Origin: a virus
Lineage: Duplodnaviria; Heunggongvirae; Uroviricota; Caudoviricetes
DNA length: 10,639 nt
Strand: one strand, 5' to 3'
Virus record (IMG/VR): IMGVR_UViG_2728369554_000001
A program made the position numbers and the translations under genes. The notes beneath the pieces were generated by a model. That model had not been told where the DNA came from and made no database searches. It was given only the letters and a program-made list of their open reading frames with translations. Shown piece by piece: positions 1 through 9,300 of the stretch (position 1 is the stretch's first letter; every line of letters starts with the position of its first letter).

Positions 1-561
1 GCGCCAGTCGCCACTGCCGGAGCCTTCATAAGCAATATCAATGGCCACGGATTCGGTCGGGTTAAACTGCACGCCAGCCCCCCACGCCAGAGACGTGTTG
101 CTGTGGCGACCGTCATCACTTCCGGTCAGCACATCGTGCTTTTTCCCCTTGTTGTCAGTTACGCGAAGATAATCCCCGGAGAAAGTCGACACACGGCTGT
201 AAGCTACACCCGCCATCGCATACGCGCTGAACCATTCATTCACGCGCACAGACGGCCCCGCCATTACGCTGAACCAGCGGTTACGAACGGAATCTTCATG
301 CCAGCGGGTATCGCTGTAACGGGTCAGCTGGCGATTCTTGTCTCCTGCATAGCTGAATGACGTCACCAGCCCCAGTGTGTCCGTAAACTCATAACGGTAT
401 TTCACGTTAATCCCGTTCAGATCATCACTGCCGGGGACGTTCGTCGAGGCATGAAGATACCCCGCGCTCAGCGTGGACTGATGTTCAGACGCCCATGCAG
501 GCGCACCGGATACGGCCAGACAAATGGCTGCGGACAAAATGGCTGCACAAACTTTACGCAT
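1..561 (-). CDS. lom: Lom-family (Ail/OmpX/PagC-like) outer-membrane beta-barrel protein, prophage moron; partial, C-terminus runs off the window start
   Basis: Minus-strand ATG at 561..559 preceded by GAGAGG Shine-Dalgarno; my translation gives MRKVCAAILSAAICLAVSGAPAWA (signal-peptide-like) ... GINVKYRYEFTD ... SAYAMAGVAYSR ... AIDIAYEGSGSGDWR with no stop before position 1. Matches lambda Lom as recalled, and sits immediately downstream of J as in lambda. Absent from the ORF track because it has no in-window stop. Confidence 0.85.
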   Translation of the reverse strand, partial: MRKVCAAILSAAICLAVSGAPAWASEHQSTLSAGYLHASTNVPGSDDLNGINVKYRYEFTDTLGLVTSFSYAGDKNRQLTRYSDTRWHEDSVRNRWFSVMAGPSVRVNEWFSAYAMAGVAYSRVSTFSGDYLRVTDNKGKKHDVLTGSDDGRHSNTSLAWGAGVQFNPTESVAIDIAYEGSGSGDWR

Positions 562-585
562 AATTACCTCTCGCTTTTCTGCAAT

Positions 586-609
586 AAAAAAGGCGCCATT
601 TCTGGCGCC
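586..609 (-). terminator. Rho-independent terminator between J and lom (tJ-like)
   Basis: Perfect inverted repeat GGCGCCA (592-598) / TGGCGCC (603-609) with 4-nt loop; on the minus strand the hairpin is followed by a T6 run (591-586). Lies in the 67-nt J-lom intergenic region. Confidence 0.6.
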
Positions 610-628
610 CGTATATGGGTTATAAAAT

Positions 629-3600
629 TCAGCTGATACTGATGCCTGCGGTGGCTTTCTTCATCACCACAACCAGCAAATCGCTGATACTTGCTGTGGG
701 ATACCAGTCATTTACCAGCCATGCTGACACCGAAAACTCCAGCGTCATGTGACCGTGACCGGCAGGCATATCAATAACGCCACTGTAAATCAGCGTATTA
801 TCCAGCGCGGTACGGTTATAAATTTCAGCACCGTTTTTCCGCACTATCAGACGGCATGAGGAGTAAATATCAGTATGCTCTCTCTCATGTTTAGCGCCGC
901 TGAATGCCACCGCAGGAATAACAATCTGCCGGTCAAACGGCTGATCGTCATAAACCCTGACGGTAATGGTCCCTGATGGCCACCGTTCCGGTGCACGGGA
1001 GTCCCGGGGGAAAGCTTTGCCCACTGTTTTAACGAGATCGCCTTCAATCTGGTTCGCGGACAGTTTTCCCAGAACCCGACAGTTCTCGTTAATCGTGACG
1101 TTGTTGAGCGTCCCGGAGTTCGCATTCACGTTACCGCTGATATCGGCATTTTTCGCCGTCAGCCGCCCATCCGGTGTCAGGGAAAATGCCGGAGGATTAC
1201 CGCCGCTGGTAATGGTCGGAGCCGTCAGGCGTTTCAGGAACACGTCGTTCATGAATATCTGATCGCCCTGACCAACAAACATTGGTCTTGTGTTGCCATT
1301 AGACGGATCAATAAACGCGATACGGTTAGCGGCAACCAGGAACTGGCTCAGTTTGCCTTCCTCCGTGTCCTCCATGCTGAGGCCAATACCCGCGACATAA
1401 TGTTTGCCGTCTTTGGTCTGCTCAATTTTGACGCCCCACATGGCATTCCACTTATCACTGGCGTCCTTCCACTCTTTCGAAAACTCCTCCAGTTTGCTGG
1501 CGTTATCCTCCGTCAGCTCGACTTTTTCCAGCAGCTCCTTGCCAAGATGGGATTCGGTTATCTGGCCTTTGAAAAAATCCAGGTAACCTTCCGCATCATC
1601 GCTCGCCCGACCAACAGCCTCCACGAATGCCGATTTGCCAACGGTGTTCACACTGCGAACGTAAAAATAATAATCATGGCCCGGCCTGATATTGATACTG
1701 GCAGCTATCCAGTACAGCGCAAGATAGCGGGCTGTGGTTTCAACCTGCCTGATATCCGCAATCCGTTTTTCCGAGAACCAGAACTCAAACTGTACCGTCG
1801 GGTCATAAACCGCAAGATGTGGCGTGGCGGTTATCTGAAAATAGCCCGGTGTCAGCTCAATCCGAGACGGCGCTGCCGGTGCGGCAATCCGGAACGATAC
1901 CGATGCCGGATCGCCCTGCAGCCCCCACGCATTTACCGCCCGGACCGTCAGCATGTAACGCCCCAGCGCCAGTTGCGTGAAGCGGTATGTGGTTTCCGTC
2001 GTCCGGGCCGTGCTGACCAGCCGCTCACTGCCGTCATCCGCTGCCACGGTCAGGCGAAGCAGGAAGCTCACGCCCTTCACCACTTTCGGCGTGTCCCAGC
2101 GGGCCAGCACCTGATATTCCCCGCTGTCTGCGGTGACTTCGGCAGTCAGGTGCTGCACCGCTGGCGGCGTGACACCATTCACCGTGCCGCTCTGGTCGCC
2201 GTCAAAGTGCGCCCCGTTATCCACGATGGCCTCTTTCTCCGGTACATGCTGCACGGCAGTGATGGCATACGTGCCGTCGTCGTTCTCACGGATACTCACG
2301 CAGCGGAACAGGCGCTGGCGCAACGTCGGCAACTTCAGCCCCCACACGCTGTATTCAGCAACGCCGTCAGGAACACGGCTCACTTTCACCTTCACGCCGT
2401 CGGTGACGGACTGGACCTCCACGCTGACCGGATTACCCTCACCGTCAACCAGGCTTATCAGCGTGGTGCCGGAGGATGGCAGCGTGATTTCACGGTCGAG
2501 CGTCAGCGTCCGGGTCTGGCTGTTCACCGCCAGCACGCGACCACCGATGCTGATACCGGCATAGTCATCATCGCAGATTTCAATAACATCGCCCGGCACA
2601 TGGCGAAGCCCTTCTGCGCCCACGCTGAAATCCACGGTCTGCGTTTCCAGCAGTTCCGTTTTAATCAGCCACAGCCCGGCTCGGTGTGCCTGCCCCCGAC
2701 TGGTACAACCAAAGGCATCCATCTTCGTGACATTACGACCGTAACGGGCAATGGCCTGCGTATCTTCAACAAGCTCTGTCGCCGTCTCCCAGCCGTTGTT
2801 CGGGTCAATCCAGTTCACCTCAACGGCATTATGGCGGTCCTTCAGGGCGCTGAAGCTGTAGCGGAACGGCGCGCCATCATCCGGCATCACCACATTACTG
2901 CGGTTATAGGTCCACACCTTATCCGATGGCCGGTCCTGCACGAACGTCAGCGTCTGCCCGTTCCATACCGGCATACAGCGCATCGCCGAGCAGAAATCAC
3001 TGAGCACATCCCACGCCTTGCGCTGTGTGGTCAGGTAAGCGTTACAGGTGATGCGCGGCTCCGTGCCGCCAAAGCCGTCCGGCACCGACTGGTCGCAATT
3101 CTGGCCGATGACATACAGCGCCCATTTATCCACATCCGCCGCACCAAGACGTTTCCCCATGCCGTAGCGCGGATGGGTCAGCATATCCCACAGACACCAG
3201 GCCATGTTGTTGCTGTATGCCGGTTTTAACGTTCCGTCCCAGATACCGCTGTATTGCCGCGTCTGCGGGTTATAGTTCGACGGCACCTGCAGAATGCGCC
3301 CGCGAAGATGATAATTACGGCTCACCTGCTGGCTGCCGAACTGCTCCGAATCCACCTGTACGCCGACCAGTGCCGTGTTCGGGTAGCACTGTTTCACATC
3401 GATGATTTCGGTGTATGACGACCAGAGCGTTTTGTTCTGCAGCTGGTCTGTGGTGCTGTCCGGCGTCATCCTGCGCATCCGGATATTAAACGGGCGCGGC
3501 GGCAGGTTATCCACCACCACCGAGGCCAGATACTGCGAGGTGGTTTTGCCCTTAATGGTGATGTCTTTTTCCGTCACCCAGCCACCGTTACGCTGTATCT

Positions 3601-4018
3601 GAACCAGCAGGCGGACTTCCGATGGATTCCTGTCCCCCTTTGAGGTGGTTTCCACCAGTGCCAGCACACCGAAGGTAAAGCGCAGACGGTCGATGTTTGC
3701 CGACGTGATGGTGCGGGTGATCGGCGTGTCATATTTCACTTCCGTACCCAGCACCGTCTCGGAGCCGGAGGATTCAAATCCCTCCGGCGGTGTCTGCTCC
3801 TGCTCACCTGCCCGGAACACCACCGTGACGCCGGAGATGTTGGTATTCCCCTCAGTGTCCAGCACTGGCGTACTGTTCAGCAGCACGCTTTTTAATCCAT
3901 CCACCGGACCTTCAATCGGCCCTTCGCTGATGGCATCGATCACACTCAGCAACTGCGTGGACTTCAGGTTGTCCTTCGCTTCGCGCGGAGTATGCCCCTT
4001 ACTGCTGCCTTTACCCAT
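629..4018 (-). CDS. J: Tail tip / central tail fibre host-specificity protein J (about 1129 aa)
   Basis: ORF-track ORF 629..4063; the first listed M is a GTG at 4063. The lambda-J-like N-terminus [34 protein letters not shown] begins at ATG 4018..4016. Near-collinear with lambda J as recalled over most of its length. Stop TGA at 631..629. Confidence 0.93.
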   Translation of the reverse strand: MGKGSSKGHTPREAKDNLKSTQLLSVIDAISEGPIEGPVDGLKSVLLNSTPVLDTEGNTNISGVTVVFRAGEQEQTPPEGFESSGSETVLGTEVKYDTPITRTITSANIDRLRFTFGVLALVETTSKGDRNPSEVRLLVQIQRNGGWVTEKDITIKGKTTSQYLASVVVDNLPPRPFNIRMRRMTPDSTTDQLQNKTLWSSYTEIIDVKQCYPNTALVGVQVDSEQFGSQQVSRNYHLRGRILQVPSNYNPQTRQYSGIWDGTLKPAYSNNMAWCLWDMLTHPRYGMGKRLGAADVDKWALYVIGQNCDQSVPDGFGGTEPRITCNAYLTTQRKAWDVLSDFCSAMRCMPVWNGQTLTFVQDRPSDKVWTYNRSNVVMPDDGAPFRYSFSALKDRHNAVEVNWIDPNNGWETATELVEDTQAIARYGRNVTKMDAFGCTSRGQAHRAGLWLIKTELLETQTVDFSVGAEGLRHVPGDVIEICDDDYAGISIGGRVLAVNSQTRTLTLDREITLPSSGTTLISLVDGEGNPVSVEVQSVTDGVKVKVSRVPDGVAEYSVWGLKLPTLRQRLFRCVSIRENDDGTYAITAVQHVPEKEAIVDNGAHFDGDQSGTVNGVTPPAVQHLTAEVTADSGEYQVLARWDTPKVVKGVSFLLRLTVAADDGSERLVSTARTTETTYRFTQLALGRYMLTVRAVNAWGLQGDPASVSFRIAAPAAPSRIELTPGYFQITATPHLAVYDPTVQFEFWFSEKRIADIRQVETTARYLALYWIAASINIRPGHDYYFYVRSVNTVGKSAFVEAVGRASDDAEGYLDFFKGQITESHLGKELLEKVELTEDNASKLEEFSKEWKDASDKWNAMWGVKIEQTKDGKHYVAGIGLSMEDTEEGKLSQFLVAANRIAFIDPSNGNTRPMFVGQGDQIFMNDVFLKRLTAPTITSGGNPPAFSLTPDGRLTAKNADISGNVNANSGTLNNVTINENCRVLGKLSANQIEGDLVKTVGKAFPRDSRAPERWPSGTITVRVYDDQPFDRQIVIPAVAFSGAKHEREHTDIYSSCRLIVRKNGAEIYNRTALDNTLIYSGVIDMPAGHGHMTLEFSVSAWLVNDWYPTASISDLLVVVMKKATAGISIS

Positions 4019-4078
4019 TCCTAACGCTCCATAAACGACAAAACCGCCCGGAGGCGGTTTCACATAAAACGTTTTTCA

Positions 4079-4726
4079 TCAGCGACCAATCACTACAACC
4101 TGACCACCATCCCCTTCGTCTGCCGTGCTGATCTCCTGAGAGACCACCCGCGACCCCACGCGCATTTCACCGTACAGAACGGGCAGAACATTGCCCTGGG
4201 CAACCATGTTATCCAGTGAGGAGAAATAGGTGTTCTGTTTGCCGTTATCTGTACTTGCTGCCGTGGGCGTCCTGGCTTTCGGTGCCAGCATCTGCGCCAC
4301 TCCGCCCAGGATCATACTGGCCCCTGCCGCATACATGCCCGATACAGCCGCGGCACCCAGCCAGCCCACAGGGTTCCACCATGCCACCGCAATCAGCGCC
4401 GCCCCCAGCACCACCTGAAACACACCGCCACTTTTAGCTCCCGCCAGACGCGGCACGATGTGGATCACGGCACCATTTGCCAGCGGCTCATTAAGACGGG
4501 CAGACAATTCGGTTTCACCTGCATCACGCCCGGCAATGCGTACCTGGTACCAGCCGTCGCTCAGTTTCTGACGAAACGCCGGGATCTGCATGGCCAGCGC
4601 CCGGATGGCTTCAGACCCCGTTTTCACTCGAAGGTCGATGCGGCGGCCAAATCGTTGTAAATCCCCGTAAAGGCAGATGCGTGCCATGCCCGGTGACGCC
4701 AGAGGGAGTGTGTGCGTCGCTGCCAT
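4079..4726 (-). CDS. I: Tail tip assembly protein I (215 aa)
   Basis: ATG at 4726..4724; protein MAATHTLPLASPGMARICLYGDLQRFGRRIDLRVKTG ... NGKQNTYFSSLDNMVAQGNVLPVLYGEMRVGSRVVSQEISTADEGDGGQVVVIGR matches lambda gpI as recalled. 60-nt gap before J, as I recall for lambda. Confidence 0.9.
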   Translation of the reverse strand: MAATHTLPLASPGMARICLYGDLQRFGRRIDLRVKTGSEAIRALAMQIPAFRQKLSDGWYQVRIAGRDAGETELSARLNEPLANGAVIHIVPRLAGAKSGGVFQVVLGAALIAVAWWNPVGWLGAAAVSGMYAAGASMILGGVAQMLAPKARTPTAASTDNGKQNTYFSSLDNMVAQGNVLPVLYGEMRVGSRVVSQEISTADEGDGGQVVVIGR

Positions 4727-5367
4727 TTGTCGGTATACCTCTCTCGTTTACTCAGTTGTTCAGGAATATGGTGCAGCAGCTCACCGTCGCCGCAGTAAAT
4801 GGCGGCATGATTCGGCACCGATGAACCAAAACAGCACAGCAGCACATCGCCCGGTTGTGCTGATGACAACGCCACCTGATACAGCCCTGTGGCCTCCAGA
4901 TTATCCAGATAGAGATTCTGACCGTTACGCCACCAGTCATCCCCGCGATGAAAATCCGGCATCTCAATCCCCGCCAGATGATAAGCATCCCGGAACAGCG
5001 TGTAACAGTCCGTCACCCCGTGCTCAAAGCGCCGCCCGGTGAGATGCGGCACACAGCGGAACTTGTGAATCGCCCCCCGGCAGACCAGCCACCACGGCAA
5101 ATCACTCTGCACCTGCAGCCGCCGGTCAGCCTCACTCAGCCAGGGCAGACCACCGGGATGACTGTGGACCAGTGCCACAATCTCACCCTGCATCTCTGCC
5201 TGCAGCCAGTCCTCCGGAGCCATCCGGAAATAATCCTCCGGCTCACCGGAAATATTCACGCAGGGAAAATATCTTTCCCCCTCCGGCGCTCTCACCACGA
5301 AGCCGCACGACTCCGCTGGCGCACATCGCCGGGCGTGCGCCAGAATCGCTGATTCTGTCTCTGTCAT
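4624..5367 (-). CDS. K: Tail tip assembly protein K, JAMM/MPN + NlpC/P60 two-domain protein (247 aa from the ATG chosen here)
   Basis: ORF 4624..5409 in track, but 5409 is a TTG. First ATG is 5367..5365 (MTETESAIL...), 4 nt after the L stop. Contains the JAMM-type motif HSHPGGLPWLSEAD and a downstream Cys/His-containing NlpC/P60-like region (DCYTLF ... HAAIY). 3' end overlaps the I start by 103 nt. Confidence 0.85.
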   Translation of the reverse strand: MTETESAILAHARRCAPAESCGFVVRAPEGERYFPCVNISGEPEDYFRMAPEDWLQAEMQGEIVALVHSHPGGLPWLSEADRRLQVQSDLPWWLVCRGAIHKFRCVPHLTGRRFEHGVTDCYTLFRDAYHLAGIEMPDFHRGDDWWRNGQNLYLDNLEATGLYQVALSSAQPGDVLLCCFGSSVPNHAAIYCGDGELLHHIPEQLSKRERYTDKWQRRTHSLWRHRAWHASAFTGIYNDLAAASTFE

Positions 5368-5371
5368 GGGA

Positions 5372-6070
5372 TTACTGCGAAAGTTTGTTAATGGAAAGGA
5401 AGCCGCCAAAGTTGCCGACGTTATTGCGAAACTTACAGCCGCTCAGGCATTTGCTGCATTTATCCTTCGTGATATCGGACGTCGGCTGGTCATATTCATC
5501 CGCGACTGCCGGACCGTGATAACCGCACTCATCACCGCGATAGGTCCAGGTGCAGGTGTTGGCCAGCATGATACGTCCCGGAAAAACAGCGCCGTCCGTT
5601 TCCGTCGGCGTGGACAGTACAAAAGAGGCACTCACCGCGCTCAGTTCGCTGCACTGCTCAATGCGCCAGCGGCTGATCACCTCCTGCTCCGGATCGGCGT
5701 CACTGTTTCCGTTGACGAAGTTCACCGCATCCAGAAAACGGGCGTAAACCTTACGCCGGACCACCGTTCCGCCGACCAGACTCTGCAGATCTTCCGCCAT
5801 CCCGGTGACCATACCGTACAGGTTAGAAACCGTCAGTGTCGGACGGGCAGCACTGCCCTTGCCGTTCAGTTCAAATCCCGTCCCCTGAATGGGGTATACC
5901 TGATACTGCCGCCCCTGCCAGATAACCGGCTCACCTTTTTCGTTCTGCTCATTACAGAAAAAATAACGTTCACCACCGACCTCTGTCAGATCGATTTCCC
6001 AGNNNNNNNNNNNNNNNNNNNNNNNNNNNNNNNNNNNNNNNNNNNNNNNNNNNNNNNNNNNNNNNNNNNN
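5372..6070 (-). CDS. L: Minor tail / tail tip protein L; N-terminal ~23 codons lie in the N run, start estimated
   Basis: Readable from 6001 downward: WEIDLTEVGGERYFFCNEQNEKGEPVIWQGRQYQ ... CSKCLSGCKFRNNVGNFGGFLSINKLSQ, stop TAA 5374..5372. Matches lambda gpL as recalled from its residue 24 onward. Start at about 6070 is extrapolated, assuming the 153-N run is true length. Confidence 0.8.
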   Translation of the reverse strand, partial: XXXXXXXXXXXXXXXXXXXXXXXWEIDLTEVGGERYFFCNEQNEKGEPVIWQGRQYQVYPIQGTGFELNGKGSAARPTLTVSNLYGMVTGMAEDLQSLVGGTVVRRKVYARFLDAVNFVNGNSDADPEQEVISRWRIEQCSELSAVSASFVLSTPTETDGAVFPGRIMLANTCTWTYRGDECGYHGPAVADEYDQPTSDITKDKCSKCLSGCKFRNNVGNFGGFLSINKLSQ

Positions 6071-6155
6071 NNNNNNNNNNNNNNNNNNNNNNNNNNNNNN
6101 NNNNNNNNNNNNNNNNNNNNNNNNNNNNNNNNNNNNNNNNNNNNNNNNNNNNNNN
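6003..6155. other. Run of 153 N (assembly gap or masked bases) spanning the M end / L start junction
   Basis: Directly visible in the sequence. Confidence 0.99.
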
Positions 6156-6395
6156 TTTCCAGTCATAAGGTGGCGTCCACTGAAATGCACGGACGCCACC
6201 GTGCCGTTCCAGAAAGGCTTTTAAAGATGGGTGGTCACATTTACGAACACGTATCGTCACGCTGTAAGTCGACAACTGGTTATTCAGTCCCGCCGCACGA
6301 CGCTGTTCATAACCATCGCCCAGCTTCACTGTCACCACTTTCGGCTCTGATACCACATTCATATCCGGGCGCACTTTCCAGTGAAACGTCTCCAT
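6066..6395 (-). CDS. M: Minor tail protein M; C-terminal ~29 codons lie in the N run, end estimated
   Basis: ATG 6395..6393; METFHWKVRPDMNVVSEPKVVTVKLGDGYEQRRAAGLNNQLSTYSVTIRVRK ... WTPPYDWK (80 aa readable) matches lambda gpM as recalled. The ATG overlaps the H stop (TAATG). End coordinate extrapolated from the lambda M length (109 aa) as recalled. Confidence 0.8.
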
Positions 6396-9300
6396 TACCG
6401 ATATGCTCCACTTAACCGACCACCATCACGGGCCTGCTGTTGCATAAAGTCCGCTGCCGCTTTTTTCCCGAGGTCATAAACCGCCTTCAGGGCAGCCGGA
6501 CCTATCTGCCCGTTCGTGCCATCGTTATTGATCTCGATGTTGTACTGCGGGGAAAACATCGCCATACCTGACCCCCCAATATCCGCCACAACCCCCAGCT
6601 TACCGTCAGCACCACGACGCAATGGCAGAATGGCTTCAGGTCCCGCTTCCCCCATCACACCCGCGCCTTTTGCAAAAGCAAAAAACGTCGGACGGTTAAC
6701 CACCGTGCCACTGTAACGACTCAAATCAGCAGACTGATAAATCCCCCCATTGGCATTCAGGGAAAGGCTGCTGAGATCAAATCCCAGTACACTGCCAATC
6801 CCTTTTATCGATTTCATCATGGTTGCCTGCGCCAGGATTTTCGCCATATCTGACAGCACAGAAGAGGTGAAGGATTTGAAATTGAGTTTGCCGGTAGTGA
6901 CAAAAGTTGCCAGGCCATTTCCCATGTTGCTGAAGGCTGACGAGAACACCTGTTCTGCTGTTTCTGCCGTATTATCTGCATCCACGGTAAAATCCTGAAA
7001 TGCACGCAGGACTCCGTTTTTCCAGTTACCCTGCACAACTTCAAGCTGTTGCCAGTAACGGCGATTCTCATTCAGTTGTCGGTTCAGGCTCTCCGTCAGC
7101 GCCTGCTCGGCCTTTCTGTAGTCATCCGTGTTATATGTCCCTTTCTGCTCACTATCCCGCCTCAACNNNNNNNNNNNNNNNNNNNNNNNNNNNNNNNNNN
7201 NNNNNNNNNNNNNNNNNNNNNNNNNNNNNNNNNNNNNNNNNNNNNNNNNNNNNNNNNNNNNNNNNNNNNNNNNNNNNNNNNNNNNNNNNNNNNNNNNNNN
7301 NNNNNNNNNNNNNNNNNNNNNNNNNNNNNNNNNNNNNNNNNNNNNNNNNNNNNNNNNNNNNNNNNNNNNNNNNNNNGTCGCTGATGCGCTGCTGCAGAGC
7401 CAGAAGCTGTTTATGCGCTTCTGTCATCCTTTCCGTGGCAATGCCTGCTGACTGTCTGGCAGCAGCAATCTGTCCTTCCACCTGTGCCTGTTGCTGACTG
7501 TACTGCAGCAATAACCGGGTGGCCTCATCATTACGGGTTTCGCGTGTTTTTTTCTTACCGGATGCCAGGGCTTTCTCGTAACGTTCATTTTCACGTTGTA
7601 TCGCCGCATCCCTGACAGCCTGATCGGCGTACTGCATGGCATTAATACGCGCAATTTCACGCTGATGTCGTGCAGCTTCCGTTTCATTCATCCGGTTCAG
7701 TGCAGCATTTTCAGCATTACGGCGTTTCTGTTGCTCCTGATAATTCCGCTCTGCCTGCTCTTTTGCATCCTGCAAATCCTTCTGGCGTTTTTTCTCCTGA
7801 AGATCGTTAAGACGCTGCTGATCGTATTCAACCTGAGAAGATGATGCCGTCCAGGGGAGTCTTTTCGCCCGCGACACTTTCTCCTGTAAAGCGGCAATCT
7901 GTTCATCCAGCGAGTCTTCACGACCAATATTCATGGCCGCATCCCAGAAACGACTCCACAAATCAGACAGATACTTCAGCGTACTGCCAAGCGCATTGAG
8001 GTTATTATCAATATCCGCAGTACGCCGACCGGTTTCCTCTGCCAGTGCAGACATGGCTATCCGTGCAGCATCACTGGACCGCCCCTGCTCCCCAAGGACG
8101 CGTATCTGCTCAAGCTGAGTGGCAGTAAGAAAATGCAGCTCATTGTCCAGAGCCTTCGCGGCATTTACAGGATCATCCTTCAGCCGCTTAAACTGATTTA
8201 TGGTATCGCTGACCGACTGGCCAACCGATCGCTCCATCTGTGCGGCAGCTCTCGCCACCATACCGATATCGTTTCCACGAAATGCACCACTCCCCACCAC
8301 CTGAGCCAGCGCACCGGCTGCAGCATGTTGCGTGATACCATTCCCGGAAATAGCACGACTGAGCGTCCACAGCTGCCCGGCAGTGACTCCGGCATAATGC
8401 CCCGTCAGCGACAGCTGGCGGTTAAATTCTTCCCCCTCCTTCTGACCGTCATACCAGGCTTTACCCAGGCCATAGACAGCCGCGGCAATACCGCCAATAA
8501 CCCCGCCAAGCATCATGCCTTTCGGTGACATCAATGTGTCTATCCACCCAGCACGGTTAGCCAGCGTTATTCCGGATCCCCTCAGCGCACCTAAATTTCC
8601 GCGGGCCAGTTCACCTATCAGAACGCCTATCTCCTGACGGGCCGCTGCANNNNNNNNNNACTGGCGGTTAAATTCTTCCCCCTCCTTCTGACCGTCATAC
8701 CAGGCTTTACCCAGACCATAGACGGCCGCGGCAATACCGCCAATAACCCCGCCAAGCATCATGCCTTTCGGTGACATCAGTGTGTCTATCCATCCGGCAC
8801 GGTTAGCCAGCGTTATCCCGGATCCCCTCAGCGCACCTAAATTTCCGCGGGCCAGTTCACCTATCAGAACGCCTATCTCCTGACGGGCCGCTGCACTTTT
8901 CAGCCCCAGCGAATGCGTGGCTTTTCCTGCCTGCTCCATTTTGCGGATATACACTTCTGCAGCACTGCTTACCCCCAGCTGGGCAGCCTTAGCACGAAGC
9001 AACTCAGAAGAAGAAAGATTCTGGCGGGTTGCCTGCTCTTTAAGCTGACGGATAAACGCCACTTTCTGTCGGGTAGCCTCTTCCTCAGCCTGTGTAAGAA
9101 NNNNNNNNNNTGCCTTAGCACGAAGCAACTCAGAAGATGAAAGATTCAGGCGGGTTGCCTGCTCTTTAAGCTGACGGATAAACGCCACTTTCTGTCGGGT
9201 AGCCTCTTCCTCAGCCTGTGTAAGAACACGGGTTTTCGCCGTAACCTCAGAAATCAGCGCCAGATAATCCTGCTGACCAATCCCGCCACTGTTTCTGGCC

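Noticed and set aside
103-636. Plus-strand ORFs 103..360 and 451..636
   Set aside because: Antisense to the lom coding region and spanning its start; lom is the supported gene on the opposite strand.
1400-3229. 609-aa plus-strand ORF (and a nested 143-aa ORF at 2133..2564)
   Set aside because: Lies entirely antisense to the well-supported J gene. The protein is Arg/His/Pro-rich and low-complexity, as expected from reading a GC-rich gene backwards. No RBS or homology support.
4216-5352. Plus-strand ORFs overlapping I and K (4216..4437, 4677..5042, 4948..5352)
   Set aside because: Antisense to two homology-supported tail genes; Pro/Arg-rich translations typical of antisense frames.
5366-6415. 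349-aa plus-strand ORF running through the 153-N run
   Set aside because: Antisense to L and M, and its length is inflated by translating Ns as X. Not a real gene.
7424-8528. Several small ORFs on both strands inside the tape measure region (for example 7596..7844, 8133..8528)
   Set aside because: All nested within or antisense to the tape measure reading frame; no independent start signals or recognisable products.
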